DNA of 64,000 nt. Source: Eledone cirrhosa (Eukaryota). Location of the stretch: contig OZ024750.1 of the NCBI GenBank assembly GCA_964016885.1, forward strand, positions 11,470,001 to 11,534,000, written 5' to 3'. A model generated the notes under the pieces. It searched no databases, was not told the origin of the DNA, and worked only from the letters and a program-made list of their open reading frames with translations. Numbering within the stretch: the stretch's first letter is position 1; each line of letters starts with the position of its first letter. Made by a program: the position numbers and the translations under genes. This document shows positions 1 through 12,914 of this stretch, one piece after another.

Positions 1-595
1 TATCGTGGCACCAACAGTGGGAATGTCGTCATGTCCTTCACACAACTGAAGAGTCCTCGCAACGCTGTGTATGGCAGGGTTTTTTACAGTTGAATACCAT
101 TCCCAATTCACCCACAACAGAGTGTACTTTGTGCCACCAGCTTTACAAAGGTTACCATCTCCGTAACGTGATAGAAGAGTCCTCACAACTTTTTGGGGGC
201 GTAGTTTCTATGGCTGGATGTTCTTTCTAACAGAAGCCAGTTTACAGAATCTCCTGGCACTAGCACAAGAGTGGTATATACGTAATGCAAAGGTTTATTG
301 AGTTTGTTGTCTTTTAGCTTATCAGAAATGACTGTTCGGTATATTTTGGATGTGGAGTTCGAATTCTTCTGTTGTATTTGTCATTTTCTTAAAATAACAC
401 AAAACAACTTTTAACCAGCTTACTATCAAGTATAATATTAAGAGATTTACGACACCATTATTTCATTCATAGATATGTCTGTGTACGTGTAAGAGGGAGA
501 CGGGAGAGAGAGGGAGAGATACAAGGAAGACTTAGTGAGCAGGCACCAGTTTCTGTTATAATTTTATTTAATTTTCCTCGTTCTTCTCTTGACAG

Positions 596-746
596 ATATA
601 ACATTTTTGTGATGGTTGTCAACTATTTTCTGCCCATGTTTATTTTAATTATCACATACACGTTCCTGGGCAAAGAACTTTGGGGTAGCAAAGCAATTGG
701 TGAGAATACTTCCATCCAACAACAAAGGGTCAAAGCAAAACAAAAG
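596..746 (+). CDS. TACR: Tachykinin-type neuropeptide GPCR, internal coding exon (TM5 + ICL3)
   Basis: Polypyrimidine tract and AG (594-595), GT donor at 747. Translates to YNIFVMVVNYFLPMFILIITYTFLGKELWGSKAIGENTSIQQQRVKAKQK; the YFLP and LWGS..IGE..KAK.K motifs are typical of tachykinin receptors. Earlier exons lie upstream of the window. Confidence 0.92.
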
Positions 747-878
747 GTAAGCCTAACTCGTTTGTACTTATTACATCTACCTACTTTGAATGAAACTACA
801 GTAAATGTTTAGTTTTATTCAAATGCACCATTGCAGTACGGCATACATATCGGCATATATACACTGACATACATACAT

Positions 879-942
<64 letters not shown>

Positions 943-950
<8 letters not shown>

Positions 951-1117
951 AGATTCAGGACCCCGACGGCTAATTTGGATCTAGCTGTCGAAACGGCCGG
1001 AGCTCAGCCGTCGGGGTCCTGAATCTTTTCATATTACCCACACTACTACCCCAAGTATTGAGTACTCTGGTATGTTATGTTCCACCTGGTATCTTATCAC
1101 TCCCTCTTTGTTTTGTG
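943..1117 (+). mobile_element. Fold-back element in (TA)n carrying the 3' portion of a hammerhead
   Basis: Perfect 29-bp inverted repeat (943-971 / 1006-1034). Internal gacggcta..tagctgtc-GAAA-cggc..gccg-TC lacks CTGATGA. A unique tail runs into (CA)n. Confidence 0.6.
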
Positions 1118-1154
<37 letters not shown>

Positions 1155-1162
1155 GGACTTCA

Positions 1163-1382
1163 ATATTATGGTTTCTGATTTAGGTAAAAGGCCAACAATC
1201 TTTGGAGAAGAGAAAGTTGATTAAATCGACCTCAGTGTGTTACTGGTACTTTATTTTATAGACCCCGTAAGGATGAAAGGCAAAGCTAACCTCGACGGGA
1301 TTTGAACTCAGACCGTAAAGGGACGTAAATGTAACTGTGTACCGCAAAGCGTGTTTACCGATTACTATTAATCCGCTGCCCT
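1163..1382 (-). mobile_element. tRNA-derived SINE family 1 (Meta-domain-like centre)
   Basis: Reverse complement of B-box GTTCAAATCC plus the ctttgcctttcatccttacggggtc.ataaaataaagtaccag core shared by more than 10 copies in the window. Confidence 0.8.
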
Positions 1383-1934
1383 TTTACTGTAAGATAATAA
1401 ATAAGGTTTCATTTGAAGAAAATTTAGTTGATATTTATTCCTAGCAAATTAAATGTCCTTTAATAGATATTCGTTACATTATCCCATCATATTGGAAGAC
1501 CTACATGATAATAAATCATTCATTAATTTGACTGAACCGAATTGTATCTATCTCACGATACCAATTTACAACAACATCGAGTAGAAATTGACTTCGTATA
1601 TGGACATGAGATTGTGTGATCAACAAGACACAAACGAATTTTTGTCTGGCTTTTCTTGAAACAATAAAAGGAACCCCTATGTAGTCGCTAGAGCTGCTAC
1701 GAAAGAAAAAGCCAAATTTTCCTCAATTCCTAAAAAAACAAAGATCGCATTGAGATAGTTCTAGATGAAATATATCTGAATAAAATACAAGATATTTCCA
1801 ACTGTAAAGTCCTTCTTCAGAGAACATCTGGATTAGGGTTGATCGGAGGTTAAACAGCAGCAATAAATAAAAGTATACACATTTCTACTTATCTACATTA
1901 AACAACCCTTTACACACACACATTATATATATAT

Positions 1935-2125
1935 GGTGGATTGGCAGTATCGGTAGAGGGTCGGACGCCATGCTTTGATGCATAGAGGTGCGGCCCTTTC
2001 CAATCTGAGTTCAAATCCCGCCGAGGTTAACTTTGCCTTTCATCCTTACGGGGTCGATAAAATAAAGTACCAGTAATGTAATGCACTGGGTAATTGCTGG
2101 CCTTGTGCCAAAAGTAGAACCAATT
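1935..2125 (+). mobile_element. SINE family 1
   Basis: A-box TGGCAGTATCGG, B-box GTTCAAATCC, shared core and tail. Confidence 0.85.
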
Positions 2126-2501
2126 ATATATATAAATATATAAATAAATAAATATATTGGATTGTCAAGTATGACATTTGTAGAAATTTGTTGTTTTTTT
2201 TTTCTACAAATTTCATACCTGACGACCCAATCAATATATTTATATATTTATATATTTACAGTAAGTAAGAGGGTCTTCGTCGATTTTGACGGTGAATATT
2301 CGGCCGTTCAAGCAATTGAACTACTTGCTCATGGAACTAGCTTTCAAGTGGCTGAGCATTCCATAGATATATAGATAGATATATATACACACACTCATAC
2401 ACGTGTATATATATATACACATACAGGGCTTTGATGTTGTCTTTTCTAGAGTCTCTTATTGCTTCTTCATTGTTATTCCATCTACGTCCATGACTTCGTA
2501 G

Positions 2502-2547
<46 letters not shown>

Positions 2548-2678
2548 GAGGTTATATTTAATTTGTTGGGATTCAACAAGCTTAACAATTTTTATAACTG
2601 ATATAAAGCACTCAACAGCAGAGTGGAGTAAATATACAATATATTAACAAATAGAAACTATATTTATAAAACCATATT

Positions 2679-2744
2679 TATTTTATTATACATATTTCAA
2701 GGGCCACCAAGGCAAATTATGGTGCGCTTTCATCAGATAAAATA
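2679..2744 (-). ncRNA. Type I hammerhead ribozyme motif, family A
   Basis: Minus strand reads tattttat-CTGATGA-aagcgcacc..ggtggccctt-GAAA-tatgta-TA-ataaaata: 8-bp stem I, canonical core, imperfect stem II, near-palindromic stem III. Confidence 0.75.
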
Positions 2745-2855
2745 CAATACAGATTTGTTTTATAAATAAATATTGACATACCCTGAAAAAAGACAACCTT
2801 AACGGTTGGAGTTTCCTGGATAGTATGTGTGTATATATATATATATATGTGTGTG

Positions 2856-2927
<72 letters not shown>

Positions 2928-5501
2928 TTTTCCTCACATATACTTATGACAAATAAGCACACGTTTGTTTGTCTCTGTGACGTTCGGAAGCAGTTTTGGT
3001 CGTTTGTCTTCCATATTGATTCTGTTTTTTTTTTTTTGTTTTTTTTTTTGGGGGGGGGGTCACGTTTTCTTGTTGTTGTGTTGATTCTGCTGTTGCTGTT
3101 GTTGTTGTGTTGTGCTGTTTGTGTTGTTGTTGCTACTGTTATTACTGCTGTTGTTGCTATTGTTATTGTTGCTACTGTTGTTATTGTTGCTACTGTTATT
3201 GCTACTGTTGTTATTGTTGCTACTGTTATTGCTACTGTTGTTATTGTTGCTACTGTTATTGCTACTGTTGTAGTTACTGTTATTGTTGTTATTGCTACTG
3301 TTGTAGTTGTTGTCGTTGTTGTTATTGCTACTGTTGTAGTTGTTGTCGTTGTTGTTATTGCTACTGTTGTAGTTGTTGTCGTTGTTGTTATTGCTACTGT
3401 TGTAGTTACTGTTATTGTTGTTATTGCTACTGTTGTAGTTGCTGTCGTTGTTGTTATTGTTACTGTTGTAGTTGTTGTCGTTGTTGTTGTGACACTATTT
3501 TTTCTCCTGTCAAAGACATCGTCTTCATATTCTTGTAATTATCTCTAATTCTTTTATCTTCAAAGAACAAACAACCTAATAATAATGATGGACTTGTTTC
3601 CTTAGCACAAACCTTGTAGCTTCTAGCTTGTATCATTCTCTCTTTGTATACGTGTGTATACGTGTGTGTGTCTGTGTGTGTATACGTGTGTGTATACGTG
3701 TGTGTGTGTGCGTGTCTGTGTGAGTGTGCATATAAGTGTCAATACATATATGTGTGTTAGAATCTGTGTGTTTGTGTGTGTGTGTGTGTATCAGTGCTAG
3801 AATGTATGTGAGCTTGTGTCTTTATGTGTGTTTGTGTGTGTGTGTACGAGTGCTAGTATGTATGTGTGCTAGTGTCTTTAAATATGTGTGTATGTGTGTG
3901 TGTGCCAATGTGTATGTGTGCTAGTGTCTTTATGTGAGTGTGTGTATACGAATGCTAGTGTGTATGTGTGCTAGTGTCTTTATATATGTGTGTGTGTATG
4001 TATACGAATGCTAGTGTCTCCATGTGAGTGTGTGTGTGCTAGTGTCTATATATGTATGTGTGCTAGTGTCTCTATATATGTGTGTGTGCTAGTGTCTCTA
4101 TATATGTGTGTGCTAGTGTCTCTATATATGTGTGTGTGCTAGTGTCTCTATGTGTGTGTGTGCTAGTGTCTCTATGTGTATGAACCATTATTGTTCTCAA
4201 CCAGTTCTGGTCATGTTTTCTTAAGTTCCAATTAAGAATTATAAAGTTAATTTCTTCCGTTGTTTTTGTTTTTTTTTAATGAGATGATTGAAAGCTTCTT
4301 TTCATAATTACTTCTCTTTTTCACTCTCCCACTCTCTCACACACACCTCCCATCTCTCTTTCACACTCCCCTCTTTTTCCCACTCTCTCTCTCTTTCACA
4401 CTCCCCCTCTCTTTTCAGACTCTTTCACACTCTCCCCCACTCTTTCACACTCTCCCTCTTCCCTCCCCTCTCTTTCAATCTCCCATCTTTCTCTCTCTTT
4501 CACACTCTTCCCTCTCTTTCTTTCACTCTCCCCTCTTTCACACTTCCCTTTTTTTCACACTCTTCCCTCTCTCTCTTCCCCCTCCCCTCCCTCTTCTATT
4601 TGCTATTGGCCATCTTTTATATTCTTTTATATCTGATCCTATCATTCTTTCGAGTGTTTTGTTGTTCTTTCTTCTATTGTTGTTGTTGTTGTTGTTGTTT
4701 CTTATTCCGATTTGGCGTGGGGTCTCTCTTTGTTCCCTTTTAGCTATTTTATTGTTGTTATTTTTGCTATTTTGTTGGATTTTTTTGCTATTTTATTGTT
4801 TGATTTTTCTTTGGATAAGATGATTTTTGTTAATTCTTTATGCCTCAGTATTCCTCCTTTATTCCTTCCGACATTTCTTTATTCATGCATTACACAAGAT
4901 AGATGAATATATATATATAGTTGTTCTGATTTGCCTTGCAAAAGTACCACTTAAGTCTTTATCCGATTTTGACCTTGTGTGCTACTTACCATTGTATTTC
5001 AAATTCTATTGAGAACAATAACATTTTGAAGATTATTTATCATTTATCCTCACCACTACCACAACCATCAGTATTTCTCCCACCAACACCAACACCAATA
5101 CCATCTTAGTCCAAGTCACTGCTGACCCACATTAGCTAATTTTCAAAAGAAGCAATCTGTGTGTTTTGAGAACGAAAAATTGGATGTGTGTTGTGTTTAT
5201 TAGTCTGCATCAATGACAAAAAAATATGTCGAGCTAGTTTCTTCAATAGAACTGAATCTCTTTTGGAATTATGTATTATATTAATGTCCATATAAAGATG
5301 AGGAAAAACAACAGAATCCAAAGAGACAGGTGGTGATCTACATAGGTAAAACTTGCAATTATTGGTATAAAAGTAAAATTAGTTAAGTAGATTTATTGTT
5401 GTGAGGATATATAGGTAAAAGGTAAACAGAAATTAGAAAGCAAATGGCACAGTACATGGAAGAAATATATTAGTTTAACGCTTGAAATAGAAGGAAGAGA
5501 G

Positions 5502-5537
5502 TCTTGACGTTTCGGAAACAAGTCGTTCATCAGAAGA
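5502..5537 (-). ncRNA. Minimal hammerhead motif, family B
   Basis: Minus strand tctt-CTGATGA-acgacttgtttcc-GAAA-cg-TC-aaga: canonical core and GUC site, decayed stem II. Confidence 0.6.
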
Positions 5538-5701
5538 TAAATAGAAATTAAAGAGTGATGAGAGGAAGGGACGGGAAAGGGGAGAAAAAAATGGGGAGAA
5601 AAACACACGTGCGTGTTCAGTGGGCCAACCAAACACACTTCCGGAAAAGAAAAACTTTGTATGAATATTTAAGTTGCTTAAATACAGTTCTATTTCACTC
5701 T

Positions 5702-5742
<41 letters not shown>

Positions 5743-6140
5743 TATATATATAATATATATATATATATAATATATATATATATATAATATAATATATATA
5801 TATAATATAATATATATATATAATATAATATATATATATATAATATAATATATATATATAATATAATATATATATATAATATAATATATATATATAATAT
5901 AATATATATATATATATATAATATAATATAATATATAATATAATATAATATATAATATAATATAATATATAATATAATATAATATAATATATATATATAA
6001 TATAATATATATATATATATAATATATATATATATAATATAATATAATATATATATATAATATAATATAATATATATATATATATCGTTTCTGAATTTGT
6101 TTAGCAAGATTCTTATTGGCAACAAGACCCTCCCAAAGCA

Positions 6141-6180
<40 letters not shown>

Positions 6181-6378
6181 AAGTGAAGGCGTTGGATTCG
6201 CAATCGTAAGGTTGTGAGTTCGATTCCTGGACCAGGCGATGCGTTATGTCCTTGAGCAAGACACTTTATTTCACGTTGCTCCTTCTACCTGGAGTTGCGA
6301 CCGATAGATAGTATTAGCAATTGGAAAGACCAACGGAAACATTGTTCCCTCGGTCCGATTTGACGAAAGTCGATCGTC
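6181..6378 (+). mobile_element. tRNA-derived SINE family 2 (CORE-like gtccttgagcaagacactt)
   Basis: B-box GTTCGATTCC; near-identical reverse-complement copy at 39458-39645. Confidence 0.8.
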
Positions 6379-6651
6379 TCATCCATACAAAAGATGAATT
6401 TCCATGTTAAGATATGTTGATACAAGATCTATACTGTTGAATAATTGATCTTCTGTCATCCGATACTCCATAGAAGCGTGAAATAAACTAGAAGATCGAA
6501 CTAAAATATTCATCGTTAAAACCTGCGGAATATCCAAATATTTCTATTTAATTATATTATTTACTAAATTTGAGGGCGATGGATTGACAGTATCGGTAGA
6601 GGGTCGGACGCAATGCTTTGCCGCATAGAGTTACGGCCCTTTATGATTTGA

Positions 6652-6960
6652 TATCCCTACCTTCACATATAACAGTACCTTCAGATACAACAGTACTTTC
6701 ACACATATCTCTACCTTCACATATAACAGTACCTTCACATATATCTCTACCTTCACATATAACAGTACCTTCACATATAACAGTACCTTCACATATAACA
6801 GTACCTTCACATATAACAGTACTTTCACATATATCTCTACCTTCACATATAACAGTACCTTCACATATATATCTACCTTCAGATATAACAGTACTTTCAC
6901 ATATATCTCTACCTTCACATATAACAGTACCTTCACATATATCTCTACCTTCACACATAT
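6652..6960 (+). repeat. 18-bp minisatellite (ccttcacatataacagta / ccttcacatatatctcta)
   Basis: Visible tandem array; explains the PSHITV ORFs. Confidence 0.9.
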
Positions 6961-7085
6961 ATATATCGTCCCCCCCCCCACCCTCTCTTCATATATTTTA
7001 CTCTCTTCTCATACTCTCTCTCTATCACACACGCTACATTCTCTCTCTCATATATATATTTATATATTATTATTTTATTAATAGT

Positions 7086-7505
7086 AGGGCTGTGGATTGG
7101 CACTAATAGAGGCTCGGACGCCATGCTTTGCAGCATTGAGTTTACGGGCCTTTATGATCTGAGTTCAAATCCCACCGAGGTTAACTTTGCCTTTCATCCT
7201 TACGGGGTCGACAAAATAAAGTACCAGTCACACACTGGGGTCGATTTAATCGACTTTCCCCTCTCCCAAAATTGCTGGTCTTGTGCCTATATAAGAAACC
7301 ATTATTTATTATCTTTCGGTGGATTGGCAGTATCGGTAGGGGGTCGGACGCCATGCTTTCCAGCATAGTTACGTCCCTTTACGATCCGAGTTCAAATCCC
7401 GCCGAGGTTAACTTTGCCTTTCATCCTTACGGGGTCGATAAAATAAAGTGCCAGTAATGTACTGGGTAATTGCTGGCCTTGTGCCTAAAGTAGAAACAAT
7501 TATTT
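7086..7505 (+). mobile_element. Two tandem SINE family 1 copies (7086-7305, 7318-7505)
   Basis: Each has A/B boxes and the shared core; they end just before the exon acceptor. Confidence 0.85.
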
Positions 7506-7546
7506 ATTATCTTTCATTTTCTTTCTTAATGTTTTCTATTTTCCAG

Positions 7547-7743
7547 GTGGTTAAGATGATGATCGTTGTCGTGATTATATTCGCTGTCTGCTGGCTACCA
7601 ATGCATCTATATTTCTTGCTAGTCTCGTCGTTTCCCAGTATTAACAACTACCAATACATTCAACAGATATTTCTGTTTATTTACTGGATGGCAATGTCCA
7701 ATTCTATGTACAATCCCATCATATATTGCTGGATGAACGCACG
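7547..7743 (+). CDS. TACR: Tachykinin-type GPCR exon (TM6-TM7)
   Basis: ttccAG acceptor and GT donor at 7744. VVKMMIVVVIIFAVCWLPMHLYF...YWMAMSNSMYNPIIYCWMNAR contains CWLP and NPxxY. Phase 0 joins the previous exon in frame. Confidence 0.95.
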
Positions 7744-7880
7744 GTAAATTATCTATTTGATTATTTCAACAACTTTACAATTCTTTATTTGATTTATCAT
7801 CCTGTCAATATTTTTGTTGAATTTCTTCACTGATTTCCTTGGTAACTCTGTTATATCTATGTTACCTGCCTTCAAGCAAT

Positions 7881-7943
<63 letters not shown>

Positions 7944-8047
7944 CACTATCACTCACTCTATCTCTTTCAATCCCTCTTTCTCTCTCCATCTCTCACACAG
8001 TAATACATGCACTGTCTATTTTCATTTTTCTCTCTCTCTCTCTCTTT

Positions 8048-8107
<60 letters not shown>

Positions 8108-8131
8108 GGTAAACAGAAATACGAAAGAGAC

Positions 8132-8167
8132 TCTTAACGTTTTGGATACTAGTCCTTCATCAGAAGA
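8132..8167 (-). ncRNA. Minimal hammerhead motif, family B (GAAA mutated to AAAA, probably inactive)
   Basis: Minus strand tctt-CTGATGA-aggactagtatcc-AAAA-cg-TT-aaga; flanks are homologous to the 5502 copy. Confidence 0.5.
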
Positions 8168-8343
8168 TAGAGTTAGAAATAGAAGATAAATAGAAATTAA
8201 AGAGTGATGAGAGGAACGAACGGGAAAAATAGAAAAAAAAACGCGCGTATTCAGTCGGCCATCTTTTATATATATATGTGTGTGTGTGTTTGGATACTCG
8301 CTGGTAATATATGTATGTATTACGACATTTAGATAAACGCTTC

Positions 8344-8507
8344 ACTGCACCACTATCCACATATATCTAAAATTTAAAGGATAATAATATTATAATATTA
8401 ACAATTGTGAAACCATGTGGCCCATTATAGAACACGCTTCACCCTACATGAATTGTTCCAGAAAGTGTGAGCTTTGTCTCTCGGAAAAGAACAACATTCT
8501 GTTATAG
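8344..8507 (+). pseudogene. Fragment of Penelope-like retroelement GIY-YIG endonuclease C-terminus (Naiad-like)
   Basis: TAPLSTYI*NLKDNNI, then after a frameshift MWPIIEHASPYMNCSRKCELCLSEKNNIL. Matches from memory the PLE pattern T.LS.YIW.LKD...W.I...A.PY.....C.LCL.EK..I. Confidence 0.7.
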
Positions 8508-9140
8508 ATAGTCGTTTTGCAATTTTGCATAAAATATAGAAAATGTGGAAATTCTTGAAGAGACAATTTTATCGATATTTATCGAGGAAGTTTCAAACAT
8601 TAACATGTTAAAATGCATTATTTCCAAAATAAAGGATTTTCAATACCCTAAAATAATAGTTTCATATTGAAAAAGTGTTACGTTTTAGACACAACTAAAA
8701 CTACATTAATAAAAGACACCTTCTGTCCTTCTCTTTATATATATGATACTGAAAACATAAAACTTTCACGTGTTTTTGCATCTGAATAGATGAATGTAGC
8801 ACGTATTCTGTTTATAACATCTGAATAGATGAATGTGTGGTGCATTTCTAAAGATTATTTGAGAACCAACCAAATCTTGATGACTAATCATATTTCGATC
8901 TGTTTATGAATATTTTTGAATGGTGATTCTTTTCTTCAATCATTTGAATAATCGGCAAGGGAAACTCCGTTTAAATATTCAAGATGTTGCTTCAGCTTGC
9001 ATTAAAATATACAAGCATTACTTTCTCTGCTGAGCACGTTTTTCTTTCTTTGTAAATAGAATGCTTCACCAATCTCTCTCGCTCTATATATATATATATA
9101 TTCATATATAGTTATGCATGTGTGTGTTTATATATATATA

Positions 9141-9347
<207 letters not shown>

Positions 9348-9389
9348 AATAGATACGTATATATATTTATTCATATATTGGCTATATAA

Positions 9390-9440
<51 letters not shown>

Positions 9441-9774
9441 ATCATCATCATGATCATCATCGTTGCCTTCATTTTCTTCATCATCATCATCATCATCATC
9501 ACCATCATCATCACCATCACCATCATCATCACCATCGTTGTCATTGTCGTTATCGTTGTGTTTGTGTTTACTTCAATATAACTCCAATAGTACAATACAA
9601 GCTAAGGTAACAGTATGGTTGTAACTGGGATTATATTGAGATTGGAGAAATGTTGGGAGAGTCAGATAGGCTTGCTGCTGTGATGACTACTTCTGGGCCG
9701 GGGCCAACTGTCATGGCGTAATTTACATTGCATTCGGAATTTGGTTTCACATTCAGACGGTGTTTTATTGGAAC

Positions 9775-10605
9775 CTCATCGCCATCATCATCCGAATCAT
9801 CACCATCGTCATCATCATCATTATCATCATTATTATCACCATCACCATCTTCATCACTATCATCATCCTCACCATCACGATATTCCTCATCACCACCATC
9901 ATCATCAACATCATCGTCATCATCATCCTTATCCTTATCCTTATCATCATCATCATCATCATCCTTATTATCATTATCATCATCATTATCATCATCCTTA
10001 TCATTATCATAGCTATCATCATCCTCACCATTTTCCTCATCACCACCATCACCATCCTTATCATCGTCATCCTCATCATCATCACCATCACCATCATCAC
10101 CATCACCACTACCACCACCACCACCACCATCACCACTACCACCACCACCACCACCACCATCACCATTATCACCACCACCACCACCACCACCATCACCACC
10201 ACCACCACCACACCACCACCACCACCACCACCATCACCATTATCACCACCACCACCATCACCATCATCACCACCACCATCACCACTACCACCACCACCAC
10301 CACCACCATCACCATTATCACCACCACCACCACCACCACCACCACACCACCACCACCACCATCACCACCACCACCACCACACCACCACCACACCACCACC
10401 ATCACCACTACCACCACCACCACCACCACCATCACCATTATCACCACCACCACCACCACCACCATCACCACCACCACCACCACACCACCACCACCACCAC
10501 CACCATCACCATTATCACCACCACCACCACCACCACCATCACCACCACCACCACCACACCACCACCACCACCACCACCACCACACCACCACCATCACCAC
10601 CACCA
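9775..10605. repeat. (CAT)n/(CAC)n compound microsatellite
   Basis: Direct inspection. Confidence 0.9.
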
Positions 10606-10728
10606 TGTCTGCTATAGAAACAATGTACCTGCTGCGATTAACTTATCACATCCAGTCGATTTCTCTATATTTTATACAGAATACCTTGCCAACACTTTTG
10701 TGTGTAGGTTTTTTCTGTGTGTGTGTAC

Positions 10729-10888
<160 letters not shown>

Positions 10889-11098
10889 GTGTGTGTACGT
10901 ATCTATATATATACGTATATATATATATATATATATAGTATTAGTTATACTATTTATGGTTATGCAAATACAAAACCTTAAGCAGTTGTAAGTATTTTAC
11001 ACACACCCTAAATAGTGGTAGGCAGTAATGTATTACTACCTTATTACCAGTAAGTTAAGTAGCTCAATGTAAAAACATCAGATGATTTACAGAGCAGT

Positions 11099-11756
11099 TA
11101 TATGAAATATAAGAATCAAAGAACTGCTCAAAACATTATTGTGCTTACACCTGTTTCCTCCAAACCGAAATATACACTCCCCTGACCATGAAAATGCCGA
11201 AGTACATGAAATACTTGACATCCCTGCGCTGTGTATCTCCAATACTTATAACACTTTTAACACTTTTAATGCTTGCACTATCTTTAATGCTTATAATATT
11301 TCTCCACACACAAACTATATCAATCATATAAAGATTTTGCCACCAGATCTACCAACCTAACACTCTTATTTACCTACCTAAGTGCCTCTACCACACATAT
11401 CTCTCTGCCACGCTATATAAACAAGACGCACATGCGTGCCACACATATAACATTTGCACTATATAACCACTTATCTTCATGTTGTACTTTAAACCTATAT
11501 CTTTGATTTTTGATTGTACCTATTAATATAAGTGTAATCTCGAAGTGTGTACTGCCACTCTAAATTCTGTAATGAATGTTGACCCACAATGTTTGAATAT
11601 GCATCAATGTTTGAATATGTATTTGGTATGTCTCTCGGCTGAAAAGGAGGTCATATAACTGTCCATGCATTAATAAATTGCTCCGAAGAATCCAAACCTC
11701 GGTTTGGAGGAAATAACTGTAAGCACAATAATGTTTTGAGCAGTTCTTTGATTCTT

Positions 11757-11768
<12 letters not shown>
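11099..11768. repeat. About 70-bp inverted repeats enclosing ~530 bp, abutting (TA)n
   Basis: 11099-11168 is the reverse complement of 11699-11768 with few mismatches. Confidence 0.7.
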
Positions 11769-11821
<53 letters not shown>

Positions 11822-12039
11822 GTATATATAGATACGTACACAAACACACAGAAAAACACACACATATATATACATATATATATACACATATATATACATA
11901 TATATATACACATATATATACATATATATATATATATACGTACACAAACACACAGAAAAGCACACACATATATATACATATATATATATATATACACACA
12001 TATATATATATATATATATACGTACACAAACACACAGAA

Positions 12040-12072
<33 letters not shown>

Positions 12073-12073
12073 A

Positions 12074-12113
<40 letters not shown>

Positions 12114-12177
12114 ATTTAATTTGTTGGAAGTCAGACAAATATAAATGGGTATGTCTCTATTTATAAAACAAACTTTG

Positions 12178-12241
12178 TATTTTATCTGATGAAAGCGTAC
12201 CAGTGTTGTCTTGGTACCCTTGAAATATATATAATAAAATA
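12178..12241 (+). ncRNA. Type I hammerhead ribozyme motif, family A
   Basis: tattttat-CTGATGA-aagcgtacc-loop-ggtaccctt-GAAA-tatata-TA-ataaaata; predicted AUA cleavage after 12233. Confidence 0.8.
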
Positions 12242-12365
12242 AATATGGTTTCATAAATATAGTTTCCATTTATTTAATATCATTGTATATATATATATAT
12301 ATGTATGTGTTTTTCTGTGTGTTTGTGTACGTATATACATATATATATATGTGTGTGTGTGTACG

Positions 12366-12402
<37 letters not shown>

Positions 12403-12473
12403 TTGTTTTCTGTGTGTTTGTGTACGTATATATATATAGGTGGGTGTTTGAATATATATAGGTGGGTGTTTGA

Positions 12474-12515
<42 letters not shown>

Positions 12516-12671
12516 ATGTGAGTGTGTGTATGTGTGTATATATAAATGTGTGTCTGTATGTGTGTCTGTGTGTATGTATATTTATATAGGTATGTGTGTG
12601 TTTGTTTGTCTATGTATGTATGTGTGTTTGTTTGTCTATGTATATATATGTGTTTGCAAGGTATGTATGTG

Positions 12672-12702
<31 letters not shown>

Positions 12703-12914
12703 GTATGTATATGTGTATGTGTGTGTGTATGCATGTGTGTGCGTGTGTCTTTGTAAGTGGTGGAAGCCAATATAGCAATAATTTCACGTATTTCTATTGA
12801 AGAATTCTTTCTCAATAATGTCCTCTGCCTCAGCTGGCTTTCAACGGAGGATGATACCACTCAGAATGGTGTTGCTACTGTTGTCATTGTCGCTGTCATT
12901 ATTAAGGCTACAAA

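Noticed and set aside
1935-2020. tRNA genes suggested by A/B boxes
   Set aside because: No cloverleaf; the boxes are heads of multi-copy SINEs.
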